The notes beneath the pieces were generated by a model. The model ran no database searches. It worked only from the letters and a program-made list of their open reading frames with translations, and had not been told where the DNA came from. From Geopsychrobacteraceae bacterium (GTDB lineage Bacteria; Desulfobacterota; Desulfuromonadia; Desulfuromonadales; Geopsychrobacteraceae): a DNA stretch of 64,000 bases. The position numbers and the translations under genes are program-made. The stretch covers positions 2,240,001 to 2,304,000 of the forward strand of contig OY759353.1 in the NCBI GenBank assembly GCA_963662315.1. The letters are read 5' to 3'. Of this stretch, positions 10,155 through 19,037 are shown piece after piece (the stretch's first letter is position 1; each line of letters opens with the position of its first letter).

Positions 10155-10662
10155 TACCTTCATCCTCGTAATGAAATGATTCATCGCACCGATCAAGGAC
10201 ACCACAAAGAATGTAGTTTACTAGCTGAAGAGCACAAGAGATGGGAACGATTGCATAAATAAGAACGTAGGAAGCATGAAGAACAGATGTCTGTCTTCCG
10301 GTTCGAACAAACAATTGAATATATTCGTAACTTGTATAGCAGAGATACGAAAGAACACACGCAACCGTTACTGCGATAAAAGCATTTGTAGCTTTTTGTA
10401 ATTTCAGTGGAAATATATTGTAGAGCATGTCTATTGCAGAGTGATTTCTGGTTCGATAAGCGGCCCCACCTGCAGCAAAGACCACCCAAACGATAAGCGC
10501 AGCCTGAACCTCTTCAATCCACCCAAAAGGTTCCCCAACCACATACCTCATAACGACACCTAAAAAGGTGACACTCACCAAAAGGACCAACGCTACCGAT
10601 GCAATATATTCATCGAGATGCAGCAAGATGCTTACAAGTTTTTCTTTCTTTTTTTTAGTCAT
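10147..10662 (-). CDS. TRAP transporter small permease (DctQ)
   Basis: 4 TM segments, VVMRYV..FGWIEE, H-x-x-ID motif; AAGGAG RBS before ATG 10662. Confidence 0.88.
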   Translation of the reverse strand: MTKKKKEKLVSILLHLDEYIASVALVLLVSVTFLGVVMRYVVGEPFGWIEEVQAALIVWVVFAAGGAAYRTRNHSAIDMLYNIFPLKLQKATNAFIAVTVACVLSYLCYTSYEYIQLFVRTGRQTSVLHASYVLIYAIVPISCALQLVNYILCGVLDRCDESFHYEDEGND

Positions 10663-10805
10663 ATTGCATTGCTCCTTACTCATTACAACCAATTTCAATC
10701 ACATAACCCTGAAGGAGAAGATAAACAAATGAATCAAAAAATTGGCTCAGCATATAAATGGATTTTTACTATTCTTTGAGACCGTATGACTATAAAACTT
10801 AAAAA

Positions 10806-10864
10806 GCATTGTCCTTTTCAGTGATGTTGTTTCTTTAAAAATCTCTATCTGAAAAGGACAATGC
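10806..10864. repeat. Perfect 16-bp inverted repeat (27-nt loop) between dctP and dctQ
   Basis: GCATTGTCCTTTTCAG (10806-10821) / CTGAAAAGGACAATGC (10849-10864). Confidence 0.85.
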
Positions 10865-10908
10865 CCATATTTTATGCTTCTTAACCAGTTCTCAAGCGTG
10901 GAGAGAAT

Positions 10909-11931
10909 TTATTTTTTAGATGCATTCTTAACAGTTTGGTACAGGTTTTCGCTCCAACCAAGGGTCTTGGATGCGCTATTGAAGAAAGGCTGCCCAGCTG
11001 CAATCCATTTAGCTTTTTGCTCGGGAGTCAGGGTTGTCATGGTAACGCCAGCATCAAGCATCTTTTGAATAGATTCTTTCGTTGCAGCATCTTGCATCTC
11101 ATTGTTAAAGAGCCCGGCCTCATCTGCAGTCTCATAAAGGATATTTTGTTGCTCAGGGGTGAGGGACTTAAAGAAGCCTTCCCCAATAATCCACATAGAG
11201 GTTGCAAAGATATGGTGATCATCAACCAAATATTTACCAACTTCGTGAAAACTTCTGTTAGCAAGGGAAGTTACAGGGTTCTCGACACCATCGATGGTTT
11301 TTGCTTGAAGGGCTTGATAAACCTCTCCCATATCCATTCCGACGGCAGAAATTCCAAGAGACTCGAAACTTGTAATAGAGAGTTTATTAGAAGAAACTCT
11401 CATTTTTACGCCCTTCAAATCTTCAGGAAGAACAATTTTTGTAGTGCTTAAGAAATCACGGGCACCATAGATCCAGTTTGAGGACAAGACGCGGATCGAA
11501 GCTTTCTGGGCAAGTTGATCACAGAGCTTCTTATACCAATTGCTGTCAAGAACATTCCAGACTTCATCCCAGCTATCAAACATAAAGGGAGCATAGAAAA
11601 TACCGAAATCAGCAACACCATAATCAGCAAGAAAAGCGCCATCAGCAACGGTAATAACAGGTTCACCAATGATCATTTGATCGATAAGTTCGACCTTTTT
11701 ACCAAGTGCAGAGTTTGGAAATAATTCCAATTTAAGGCTGCCACCACTTTTCTTTGCGACTAATGCAGCCCACTTTTCCACCGCCTTAGCCGCGGGTTCA
11801 GTAGTTGCATTTTCATAACCTACGGAAATCTTTGTCACCTTGGCTGCCTCTGCACTTTGTTCAAACCCCACCAGTGCACAGGCTACGAATGCTAGCACCA
11901 TCAAACTCGTTACAACACGTCTTGCCTTCAT
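10909..11931 (-). CDS. TRAP substrate-binding protein (DctP family)
   Basis: Signal peptide, LELFPNSALG, DLKGVKMRV (conserved carboxylate-binding Arg), EVYQALQAKTIDGVENP. Confidence 0.92.
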   Translation of the reverse strand: MKARRVVTSLMVLAFVACALVGFEQSAEAAKVTKISVGYENATTEPAAKAVEKWAALVAKKSGGSLKLELFPNSALGKKVELIDQMIIGEPVITVADGAFLADYGVADFGIFYAPFMFDSWDEVWNVLDSNWYKKLCDQLAQKASIRVLSSNWIYGARDFLSTTKIVLPEDLKGVKMRVSSNKLSITSFESLGISAVGMDMGEVYQALQAKTIDGVENPVTSLANRSFHEVGKYLVDDHHIFATSMWIIGEGFFKSLTPEQQNILYETADEAGLFNNEMQDAATKESIQKMLDAGVTMTTLTPEQKAKWIAAGQPFFNSASKTLGWSENLYQTVKNASKK

Positions 11932-12091
11932 ATAACCTCCGAGAATATGGCCCTCACCATTGGCAAGGGGCAGATTAAATCCACATCGGGCCAGTAGAAC
12001 AGGACTGAACCTTTGTGGGCCATCAACTAAATGGAGCCGTGATAAATAGTTTCTTGATTGAGTTTAATCCTGCATCCACAACAGTTTCAGA

Positions 12092-13117
12092 CTAGTCGAA
12101 TGAAACCAGGATTTTCGTGATTTCCGCTGGGTTATCGCTCCATTTCTGCAACGAATTTCCTGCGTCATCTAAGGAAACGTCCATGGTAATAAGCTGATTC
12201 AAAGGAAGATCGATTTTCTTCATCAGGTCCAGAATATCGACAAAATCTTGCTTTATCGCATTCCGCGCTCCACGAATTTGAATTTCTTTCATGACAAACT
12301 TTTTAGTATCAAAAGCAACCTGATCTTTGACGTATCCGACATAGACAACCCGCCCGCAGAATGCGACTAGATCCACAGCGGCAATAAATGTTTGATCAAG
12401 ACCGATGGCCTCAACAGCAACGGTCGCACCATGGCCATCAGTATATTTAAGCACTTGCTCTTCTAAATTTTGGGTTCTGGAATTTATCGTGTACGTAGCA
12501 CCAAATTTACGAGCCAATTCGAGCTTACTATCATCAATATCAACGGCGATAACAGTTGCGCCATCATCATTACCCTTTAGAATCGCTCCAAGACCGACCA
12601 TTCCACAGCCGAACACCAACATTGTTTCGCCTGATTTTCCCTCAGCCCTTCTTGCCGCATGACAACCTACAGCCAAAGGTTCCACAATAGCTATTTGACT
12701 AAATGACAAATCATCTAGGTTAGAAACAATCTTTTCATAATCGACAGCAAGATACTCGGTCATTCCGCCATTCTGCTGAACGCCAAGGGTCTGGTTGTTT
12801 TTGCAAGCATTAGGTCTACCGGACAAACAAGACCAGCATTTACCACACGTCGTATAGGGCAGCACCAACACCTTGGCCCCGATTTTCAAATCCCCAGGAA
12901 CCTTCGATCCTATTTCGACTATTTCTGCGGCTATTTCATGTCCAGGAATACGTGGATAACTAACAATTGGATTCAACCCACGAAACGTATTAAGGTCACT
13001 ACCACAAAAACCAACCTTTTTGATTGCCACTAAAACTTGTGTTTCATTTATCTCAGGTTTTCTTACATCCCCCTTGAGACTAAATTCGCCTGGATTATCA
13101 ATTACAAAAGCACGCAT
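12092..13117 (-). CDS. Zn-dependent medium-chain dehydrogenase, L-galactonate/L-gulonate 5-dehydrogenase-like (LgoD/YjjN type)
   Basis: GFCGSD, YPRIPGHE, CGKCWSC..RPNAC, VEPLAVGCHA, GCGMVG; uxaAB context. Confidence 0.8.
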   Translation of the reverse strand: MRAFVIDNPGEFSLKGDVRKPEINETQVLVAIKKVGFCGSDLNTFRGLNPIVSYPRIPGHEIAAEIVEIGSKVPGDLKIGAKVLVLPYTTCGKCWSCLSGRPNACKNNQTLGVQQNGGMTEYLAVDYEKIVSNLDDLSFSQIAIVEPLAVGCHAARRAEGKSGETMLVFGCGMVGLGAILKGNDDGATVIAVDIDDSKLELARKFGATYTINSRTQNLEEQVLKYTDGHGATVAVEAIGLDQTFIAAVDLVAFCGRVVYVGYVKDQVAFDTKKFVMKEIQIRGARNAIKQDFVDILDLMKKIDLPLNQLITMDVSLDDAGNSLQKWSDNPAEITKILVSFD

Positions 13118-13267
13118 TCTGTAAATCCCCTTCTTGACATATCAACTAAAGAACGCCCGGTTCCATTCGCCTAATCGAAAGTAATAATCAAATTCCTAAC
13201 CCCAAACACCTGATTTGCATATTATTCATATCTAAGCTATGGATGGGCACAACAGTAACTTTGGACA

Positions 13268-13509
13268 TATTGTCTGTCAATCAAAAAAAATAACATTGGA
13301 TTGCCTGATCATATAAAGTAAACTTGCGATACAAATTACATACAATGTCACACCTAGCAGAAATAGCGCTTTATTTACAGGACCTTAAAATAGATCCCCA
13401 TCAAAGATCAAATAGTATTGTCTGACAATAGTAGCCACAACAAATACTTTGAAACAATATTCTCCTTGACTAATCAAAACTGCGTATCAATAATTATTGT
13501 CTGACTAGA
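13268..13509. promoter_or_regulatory. Three FadR/GntR-type operator sites in the divergent promoter region
   Basis: TATTGTCTGTCAATC (13268-13282), palindromic TATTGTCTGACAATA (13416-13430), TATTGTCTGACTAGA (13495-13509); putative promoter TTGACT(13466)-N17-AATAAT(13494). Confidence 0.75.
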
Positions 13510-13526
13510 AGGAGATATAAAAAGAC

Positions 13527-14243
13527 ATGAAAACCAACCCACCTGGAGACCACATCACATGCAGAAATGAACGGCTATACATTCACGTTTCTCATGAAAT
13601 CAAAAAATATCTACAAATTAACCACTTTAAGCCTGGGGATAGGCTCCCTTCCGAGACTGAGCTATCAAAAGAGTTCAGTGTTAGTAGGGCTACCGTGCGT
13701 GAAGCAATTGTTGCGCTTGAGGTTTCGGGGGTACTTGCGGTTAAAAGAAATGTCGGTGCACTAGTACAGAATCTCTCTGAAGAAATTCCAATCAATACAA
13801 TCACATCCGAAGCTGGTCCTTTTGAACAAATCCAAGTACGGATATTGCTTGAGCCTGAAGCCGCTTATCTCGCAGCAAAACACAGAACTCCACAAGAGTG
13901 TGAATTAATGGAAAAAGCTATCGAAATGATGGTTGGTGAAAATCAAGCTGGCTTTGAAACAGAAGATGGCGACATGTTATTTCACCTTCGAATTGCGAAA
14001 TCCTGCAGCAATTCGTTGCTTGCAAGTCACATAGAAAGCATCTGGGAGATGAGACATAACGGTAAACTTTGGCCGCAACTTCAACGTAGCGTTGATAAGA
14101 GTATTATGCGTACAAGAGCGGTTTTTCAGCACATGAAAATTCTTGAAGCAATTCGATCCCAAAAACCTGACTTAGCAAAACAGACGATGACCGAGCACCT
14201 GTTATCGGTTCAGGATGAACTTGAAAGTACCATAAACGCTTAA
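13527..14243 (+). CDS. FadR/GntR-family regulator (ExuR/UxuR/LgoR-like)
   Basis: KPGDRLPSETELSKEFSVSRATVREAIVALE wHTH plus FCD domain (DMLFHLRIA..SNSLL). Confidence 0.92.
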   Translation: MKTNPPGDHITCRNERLYIHVSHEIKKYLQINHFKPGDRLPSETELSKEFSVSRATVREAIVALEVSGVLAVKRNVGALVQNLSEEIPINTITSEAGPFEQIQVRILLEPEAAYLAAKHRTPQECELMEKAIEMMVGENQAGFETEDGDMLFHLRIAKSCSNSLLASHIESIWEMRHNGKLWPQLQRSVDKSIMRTRAVFQHMKILEAIRSQKPDLAKQTMTEHLLSVQDELESTINA

Positions 14244-14247
14244 ACAA

Positions 14248-14278
14248 AAAGACCGTCCCTTTTTTCGGCACGGTCTTT
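14248..14278 (+). terminator. Putative intrinsic terminator after the regulator
   Basis: AAAGACCGT...ACGGTCTTT stem. Confidence 0.6.
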
Positions 14279-14478
14279 ACTGCATGTTCCCAAACTCATT
14301 CGCAACATTCTCGATACAAGCAACCGCCCAACAAACCGGAAAGCCACGACATCGCTTAGCGATCTGACCGTGGAAAAAGTGATTGACGGGCACTGGCAGG
14401 AGAAAAGGCCCGATCATAACTCTGAGCATTGTACCTCGGTACGAGGGGAAAGAACTTAGAAGTTAGCCCTTTTCTTTT

Positions 14479-14520
14479 CCAGCTCCAGCTCCAGCTCCAG
14501 CTCCAGCTCCAGCTCCAGCT
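14479..14520. repeat. Hexanucleotide microsatellite (CCAGCT)7
   Basis: Seven perfect units, 1 bp beyond the yeiH-like stop codon. Confidence 0.95.
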
Positions 14521-14521
14521 A

Positions 14522-15460
14522 TTAAGCCACACCAAAAAACTCCAGACAAACCAACGTCAAACTGCCAACGATCAACCACAACAGGACGCCTTGCAAAAGA
14601 GGCCGGAGCCCGACCTTGCGCAGCAACTCACGGCTTAAACCAGCTCCAATCAGAAACAGGGTCACAACCAATGCCTGCCGGGCCACGCGGGCGACAATGT
14701 GCCAAAGTGGAGCGCCCTGTGGCACCCAGGTGCTAACAGCCGCAGCGACGATAAAACCGAGGATAAACAAAGGAAAAGCATTCTTTCCGCTCGCTTTGTT
14801 ACGCCACGCGGTAATCAGCACAAAGGGGGTAATCCACAACGCCCGCGACAGTTTTACCGTGGTCCCTATCGCCAGCGCCTGAGCTCCGTAGACCGACGCA
14901 GCGCCAACGACACTACTGGTATCATGAATGGCCATCCCCGCCCAGGTCCCGAAGATGGTCTGACTGAGGTGCAATTGATGTCCCACAAAAGGAAACAGTA
15001 GCAGTGCCACAGCATTCAGGGTAAAGACCGTCGCCAGCGAAACAGCGATCTCTGCATCCTTGGCCTTTAACACCGGTGCCATAGCAGCGATGGCGCTCCC
15101 CCCACAGATAGCCGTACCGAAAGAGACCAGCACAGAGGTTTGCCCTTCGACCTTAAGCAGCCGACCAAGGAGAGTCCCAACACCCAGGGTAAAACAGATA
15201 CCGACAAAGGTATAAACAATCGACTCCCGGCCTGTCGTCCAGATTTCACCAAGACTGAGCCCAAAACCGAGCCCGACAACCGCCAATTGCAGTAATTTCT
15301 TACTGTAGCGCGCCGTCTGCTTGGGCCACGGATTGCCCAAAGCCAAACTCACCGCAATACCAAGCAGCAACGCATAAGACGCATCCATCCACGGCAAACC
15401 GCAGACAACCAGGCAGCAAACAAAAATAATTTTGACCATTTTATCCATTGAAAAAATCAC
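14522..15460 (-). CDS. YeiH/UPF0324 family putative sulfate exporter
   Basis: GTAICGGSAIAA, FGTWAGMAIHDTSSVVGA, TTVKLSRALW. Confidence 0.9.
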   Translation of the reverse strand: MIFSMDKMVKIIFVCCLVVCGLPWMDASYALLLGIAVSLALGNPWPKQTARYSKKLLQLAVVGLGFGLSLGEIWTTGRESIVYTFVGICFTLGVGTLLGRLLKVEGQTSVLVSFGTAICGGSAIAAMAPVLKAKDAEIAVSLATVFTLNAVALLLFPFVGHQLHLSQTIFGTWAGMAIHDTSSVVGAASVYGAQALAIGTTVKLSRALWITPFVLITAWRNKASGKNAFPLFILGFIVAAAVSTWVPQGAPLWHIVARVARQALVVTLFLIGAGLSRELLRKVGLRPLLQGVLLWLIVGSLTLVCLEFFGVA

Positions 15461-15520
15461 TCCTCTATTGAAATTGAACGTGATTATAAGCTTTTCAATT
15501 TATAAATAAAAATTTATAAT

Positions 15521-15539
15521 AATGATCGTTTTAATCATT
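15521..15539. promoter_or_regulatory. Putative LysR box (T-N11-A dyad)
   Basis: AATGAT-N7-ATCATT in the AT-rich divergent yeiH/LysR spacer. Confidence 0.5.
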
Positions 15540-15558
15540 TTTATTGATGGATAAAAAT

Positions 15559-16461
15559 ATGGCCATAACCTTGAGACAGCTACAGATTTTCGCCAAAATT
15601 GCAACTCACAGCAGCGTCACCCAGGCGAGTGCCGAACTGCAACTGACTCAATCTGCTGTCAGCATGGCCCTGGCTGAGCTGGAACGCTACTCCGACGCAC
15701 CACTGTTCTCACGCCAGCACAAGAAACTCCTGTTGAATGATCGTGGGCGCGAAATCCTCCCTCTCGTGGAACAGGTCCTTGACCAGGCCCGCCAAATTGA
15801 AATGCTTCTTAATGAATCGGCCCGCCAACCAGCCGGAGAACTGTCCGTCGGTGCCAGTACCACCATTGGTAACTATCTGATGCCACAACTGATTACCCGC
15901 TTTTCCCGAAGCCATCCCAAAGCCAAGGTATTATTGCATGTCGGCAATGCCAGGCAGATTGAGCATGGTGTCGATACGGGAGAACTCGATATCGGCATCA
16001 GCGAAGGCTTCCGGCATATATCACGGCTCAGACAACAGAAATGGCGCGACGATGAGCTGGTTGTTATTGTTGGCCCTAGCCACCCGTGGGCGCAGACCAA
16101 AACAATCCGCAAAACCCAGATAAGCAAGGGAGACTGGATCACGCGCGAGAAAGGATCGGGAACCAGAGAAGTATTTGAGCGTGCCATGAAAAGCTACAAG
16201 CTGCATTTCTCAATCACGATGGAACTGGGGCACACAGAAGCGATAAAAAAAGCTGTAGAGGCGGGTGCAGGTTGCGCCTGCCTGTCACGCATTGCCGTAC
16301 AGCGAGAACTGGATCAAGGCTGGCTGGTCGAAGTGAAACACCCCCTCAGCCTGACCCGCGAACTGATTATCCTAACCAGAGAAGAACCCTACAGATCGGT
16401 TTTACATAATACCTTTCTGACCTCACTGCATTCAATAGCCGCAGAGTCGGCCGGACCGTAA
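15559..16461 (+). CDS. LysR-family regulator (YeiE/CysL-like)
   Basis: ITLRQL..SVTQAS..LTQSAVSMAL HTH; GASTTIGNY, REKGSGTRE, ELGHTEAIKKAV. Confidence 0.92.
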   Translation: MAITLRQLQIFAKIATHSSVTQASAELQLTQSAVSMALAELERYSDAPLFSRQHKKLLLNDRGREILPLVEQVLDQARQIEMLLNESARQPAGELSVGASTTIGNYLMPQLITRFSRSHPKAKVLLHVGNARQIEHGVDTGELDIGISEGFRHISRLRQQKWRDDELVVIVGPSHPWAQTKTIRKTQISKGDWITREKGSGTREVFERAMKSYKLHFSITMELGHTEAIKKAVEAGAGCACLSRIAVQRELDQGWLVEVKHPLSLTRELIILTREEPYRSVLHNTFLTSLHSIAAESAGP

Positions 16462-16674
16462 CCTGGGCGTATCAATTTCTCCCTTCTCAACCCCTGCAAC
16501 AATATTTGCAGATGCAACCGTTCAGAAATAGCGCTCTCCCCCTGTAAATATTGCCGATTTTTACAGCCAGAGACATCTACCAAGCAAGAAAAATTGCATC
16601 CGTCGAAGAGTCGCAAAAGCGGCTGTATTTGCGGAATAATGCATAATATTCGCAGCGTTACCACGAATGATTAG

Positions 16675-16691
16675 TTGGCACCGATAATGCT
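16675..16691 (+). promoter_or_regulatory. Putative sigma54 (-24/-12) promoter
   Basis: TTGGCACCGATAATGCT with exact GG-N10-GC spacing, upstream of a gene cluster encoding an NtrC-type activator. Confidence 0.7.
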
Positions 16692-16956
16692 TTAATATCA
16701 GCCAGCAACTGGCGCCAGAATATTGAGCCCGCTCCCTCGGCCAGCCCACTATATTCAAGGCCTGAGCAACTCGCTGACAAAGTCAATTTTCTGGTGGAAG
16801 CTGAAGCTCTCATTACTGACGAGCGCAGTACTCCTGAAGAGACCTTTGAGGAAGCAAACTGAACTGAACCGTCACCGGGACGACAACCTAGTATTAAGCG
16901 ATTTAAACAATAGCCGTCCCCAAACGATCAACACATAAAACAGCAGGGGCATTCTT

Positions 16957-17472
16957 TTGATTGAACACCGTTGCGCCTATTGCCAGAAATGTCTACGTCC
17001 GGATACCGATGAAACACAGAACGAGGTCCAGGTGAGCCATGGCATCTGCAGGGACTGTCTGGCAATCGTCATGTCCGGGTACGGGAAAAGCCTGGCTGAG
17101 TTCCTGCAACAGCTCGCGATCCCCATCATTGTGATCGATGCCCAGCAGCACCCGGTTTTCGATAACCGGAACCCTTCACAACAGCTAACCGATTCAGGGC
17201 AATCATCTTCCCCCCTCCTTGCCTGCGTGGTCTTTGACTGTGCCTGCGAAGAGCCCCCTGACGGAGACAACCACTCCTGCGACTGCCTGTCCTGTACCCT
17301 GGTGAAAACCACAGCAGTAACCTATCATACCGGTGTCAAACAAAAATATGTCGCCGCCAGCCCGGATCTCGATAGCCTGGCTGGCATCAGTAACCCCTGC
17401 TATCTTATTTCCACTGAGATCTGTGAAGGGACGGTTCTTTTAAGTATTGAAGAAAGGAAAGAAATTGACTGA
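16957..17472 (+). CDS. Cys-rich hypothetical protein (CxxC...HGICxxC plus degenerate PAS-like region)
   Basis: CAYCQKC, SHGICRDC, CACE..HSCDCLSC; TTG start after AGGGG. Confidence 0.65.
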   Translation: MIEHRCAYCQKCLRPDTDETQNEVQVSHGICRDCLAIVMSGYGKSLAEFLQQLAIPIIVIDAQQHPVFDNRNPSQQLTDSGQSSSPLLACVVFDCACEEPPDGDNHSCDCLSCTLVKTTAVTYHTGVKQKYVAASPDLDSLAGISNPCYLISTEICEGTVLLSIEERKEID

Positions 17473-17546
17473 TAGAGGGTTTTTTATTAATATTTACAAA
17501 TTAATAAAAATTACGTTTATCCGTCACCATAAGCACCAACCCAACC

Positions 17547-19037
17547 TTGTTACTGAGACTGACTCATATGGCATATTTGCGTGGACAGAACAAAAAAATT
17601 CTTCTGGTCTATGACAATCGGGAATATTGTGAGTTGCTTGAAGCTGAGCTGGCAGGATTTGGGTTTGATGCCCATACCAGCAGATCATTGCAAACCGCTC
17701 TGATGATGATCAGAGCCTGCAACAAAATCGGCACCAGTTATCAATGGCTGCTGGTCCACAACGATCTGCGCGACCTTGCCGATGCCGAGCTTGAAGAGTT
17801 ACACCAGCAGCAACATAAAAACAGGTTTGATATCATCTACTTTCATGAGTCCCTAGTCTACGCCAACGTTTGGAAAATATCCAATAAAAACAAACATGTC
17901 GTGCCATTTTCCCGAAAAACCGGTATCAATGCCTTCACCTATGCGATCAAACAGATAATCAGCAACAAAGAGCTTCTTGACCGTATCGGCTTGCAGGCTA
18001 TCAACAGACATGAACGCCCTAAAGTTCTGCTGGTGGAAGACAATGATATCGGCCGCCTGATGGCCAAGACATTGCTAGAAAGCCTGGGACTTGAAGTCAC
18101 TGAGGCCAATAATGGACAGGAAGGCCTTAAGGCTCTGGATCTGCACCATTATAACCTGATTTTGACCGATATATTCATGCCGGTTATGAATGGCCTGGAT
18201 ATGGTGAGAACAATCCGTAGCAGTGGCTATTATCAGCTGCCGATCATTGTCATGTCGGCCAACGCCGAAGAAAACTGGGCGGAAAGCTTTTTTGCCGGAG
18301 CCAACGGGTTTCTGATCAAGCCATTTGACGTTACCCTGTTGCAACAAGAAGTCAACAAATGGCTCCCCCTGCAGAATCCGGACGAAACGCAGAGCAATGT
18401 TTCCAGGCCAATACCGACAGTTCCCGACCTGAAAAAACTTGAATACTTTCTTGATATCCAGGCCGGTATCAGGCGGAGCGGCGGTCAGACCGAGCGTTAC
18501 TGGTCACTGTTGCGCCATTACTATGATGAATACCGGGACATTAGCGAGCAACTTGCCGTCTTGCTGCACACCCGTCGACGCCAGCAGGCGATTGAGCTGG
18601 TACACAATTTAAGAGGCGCTGCCGGCAACCTGGGAGCAACCAAGATAGAAATTCTGGCAGGCAAGCTGGAACACGACCTGAGACACGCAGAAACAATCCC
18701 GGCCTCGTCCCTTTTGGAGCAAGAACATAAAGAGCTCATCACGGCCCTTGGTCGAAGCGTCAATAACCATTCGCAGCAGAAAGCCCTTGAGGAGGGGAGC
18801 TATCACACCTTGTGGACTATTTTGCAGCCATTAATACCACTGGTAAAAGGACACCAGGCCCGGCTGATCAAAAACTATGAAGAGCGGCTTGCCACATATA
18901 AATGGCCGACTGACACCCGCTCTGAAGTTCATATGCTGCTCACCAAGCTCAAAGGCTTTCAATACGACGAAGCCAGAGCACTACTGGCGGACCTGGTCGA
19001 GCGTCTGAACCCGGCATCAGAAAAGATCGAGTCATGA
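17547..19037 (+). CDS. Response regulator with degenerate REC + REC + Hpt domains
   Basis: VLLVEDN..ILTDIFMPVMNG..MSAN..LIKPF; Hpt LVHNLRGAAGNLGA. Confidence 0.85.
   Translation: MLLRLTHMAYLRGQNKKILLVYDNREYCELLEAELAGFGFDAHTSRSLQTALMMIRACNKIGTSYQWLLVHNDLRDLADAELEELHQQQHKNRFDIIYFHESLVYANVWKISNKNKHVVPFSRKTGINAFTYAIKQIISNKELLDRIGLQAINRHERPKVLLVEDNDIGRLMAKTLLESLGLEVTEANNGQEGLKALDLHHYNLILTDIFMPVMNGLDMVRTIRSSGYYQLPIIVMSANAEENWAESFFAGANGFLIKPFDVTLLQQEVNKWLPLQNPDETQSNVSRPIPTVPDLKKLEYFLDIQAGIRRSGGQTERYWSLLRHYYDEYRDISEQLAVLLHTRRRQQAIELVHNLRGAAGNLGATKIEILAGKLEHDLRHAETIPASSLLEQEHKELITALGRSVNNHSQQKALEEGSYHTLWTILQPLIPLVKGHQARLIKNYEERLATYKWPTDTRSEVHMLLTKLKGFQYDEARALLADLVERLNPASEKIES

Noticed and set aside
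14325..14375. GGAAAGCCACG resembling the cyclic-dinucleotide GEMM-I riboswitch P2 entry
   Set aside because: No GNRA-capped P1 and no matching 3' strand; lies between convergent genes
14429..14638. ORF with a poly-(QL) tract
   Set aside because: Translation of the (CCAGCT)7 repeat, antisense to yeiH; no RBS or family signal
16700..16940. Short frames after the sigma54 promoter (16723..16938 and an acidic frame ending at ~16862)
   Set aside because: No convincing start/RBS or homology; treated as leader
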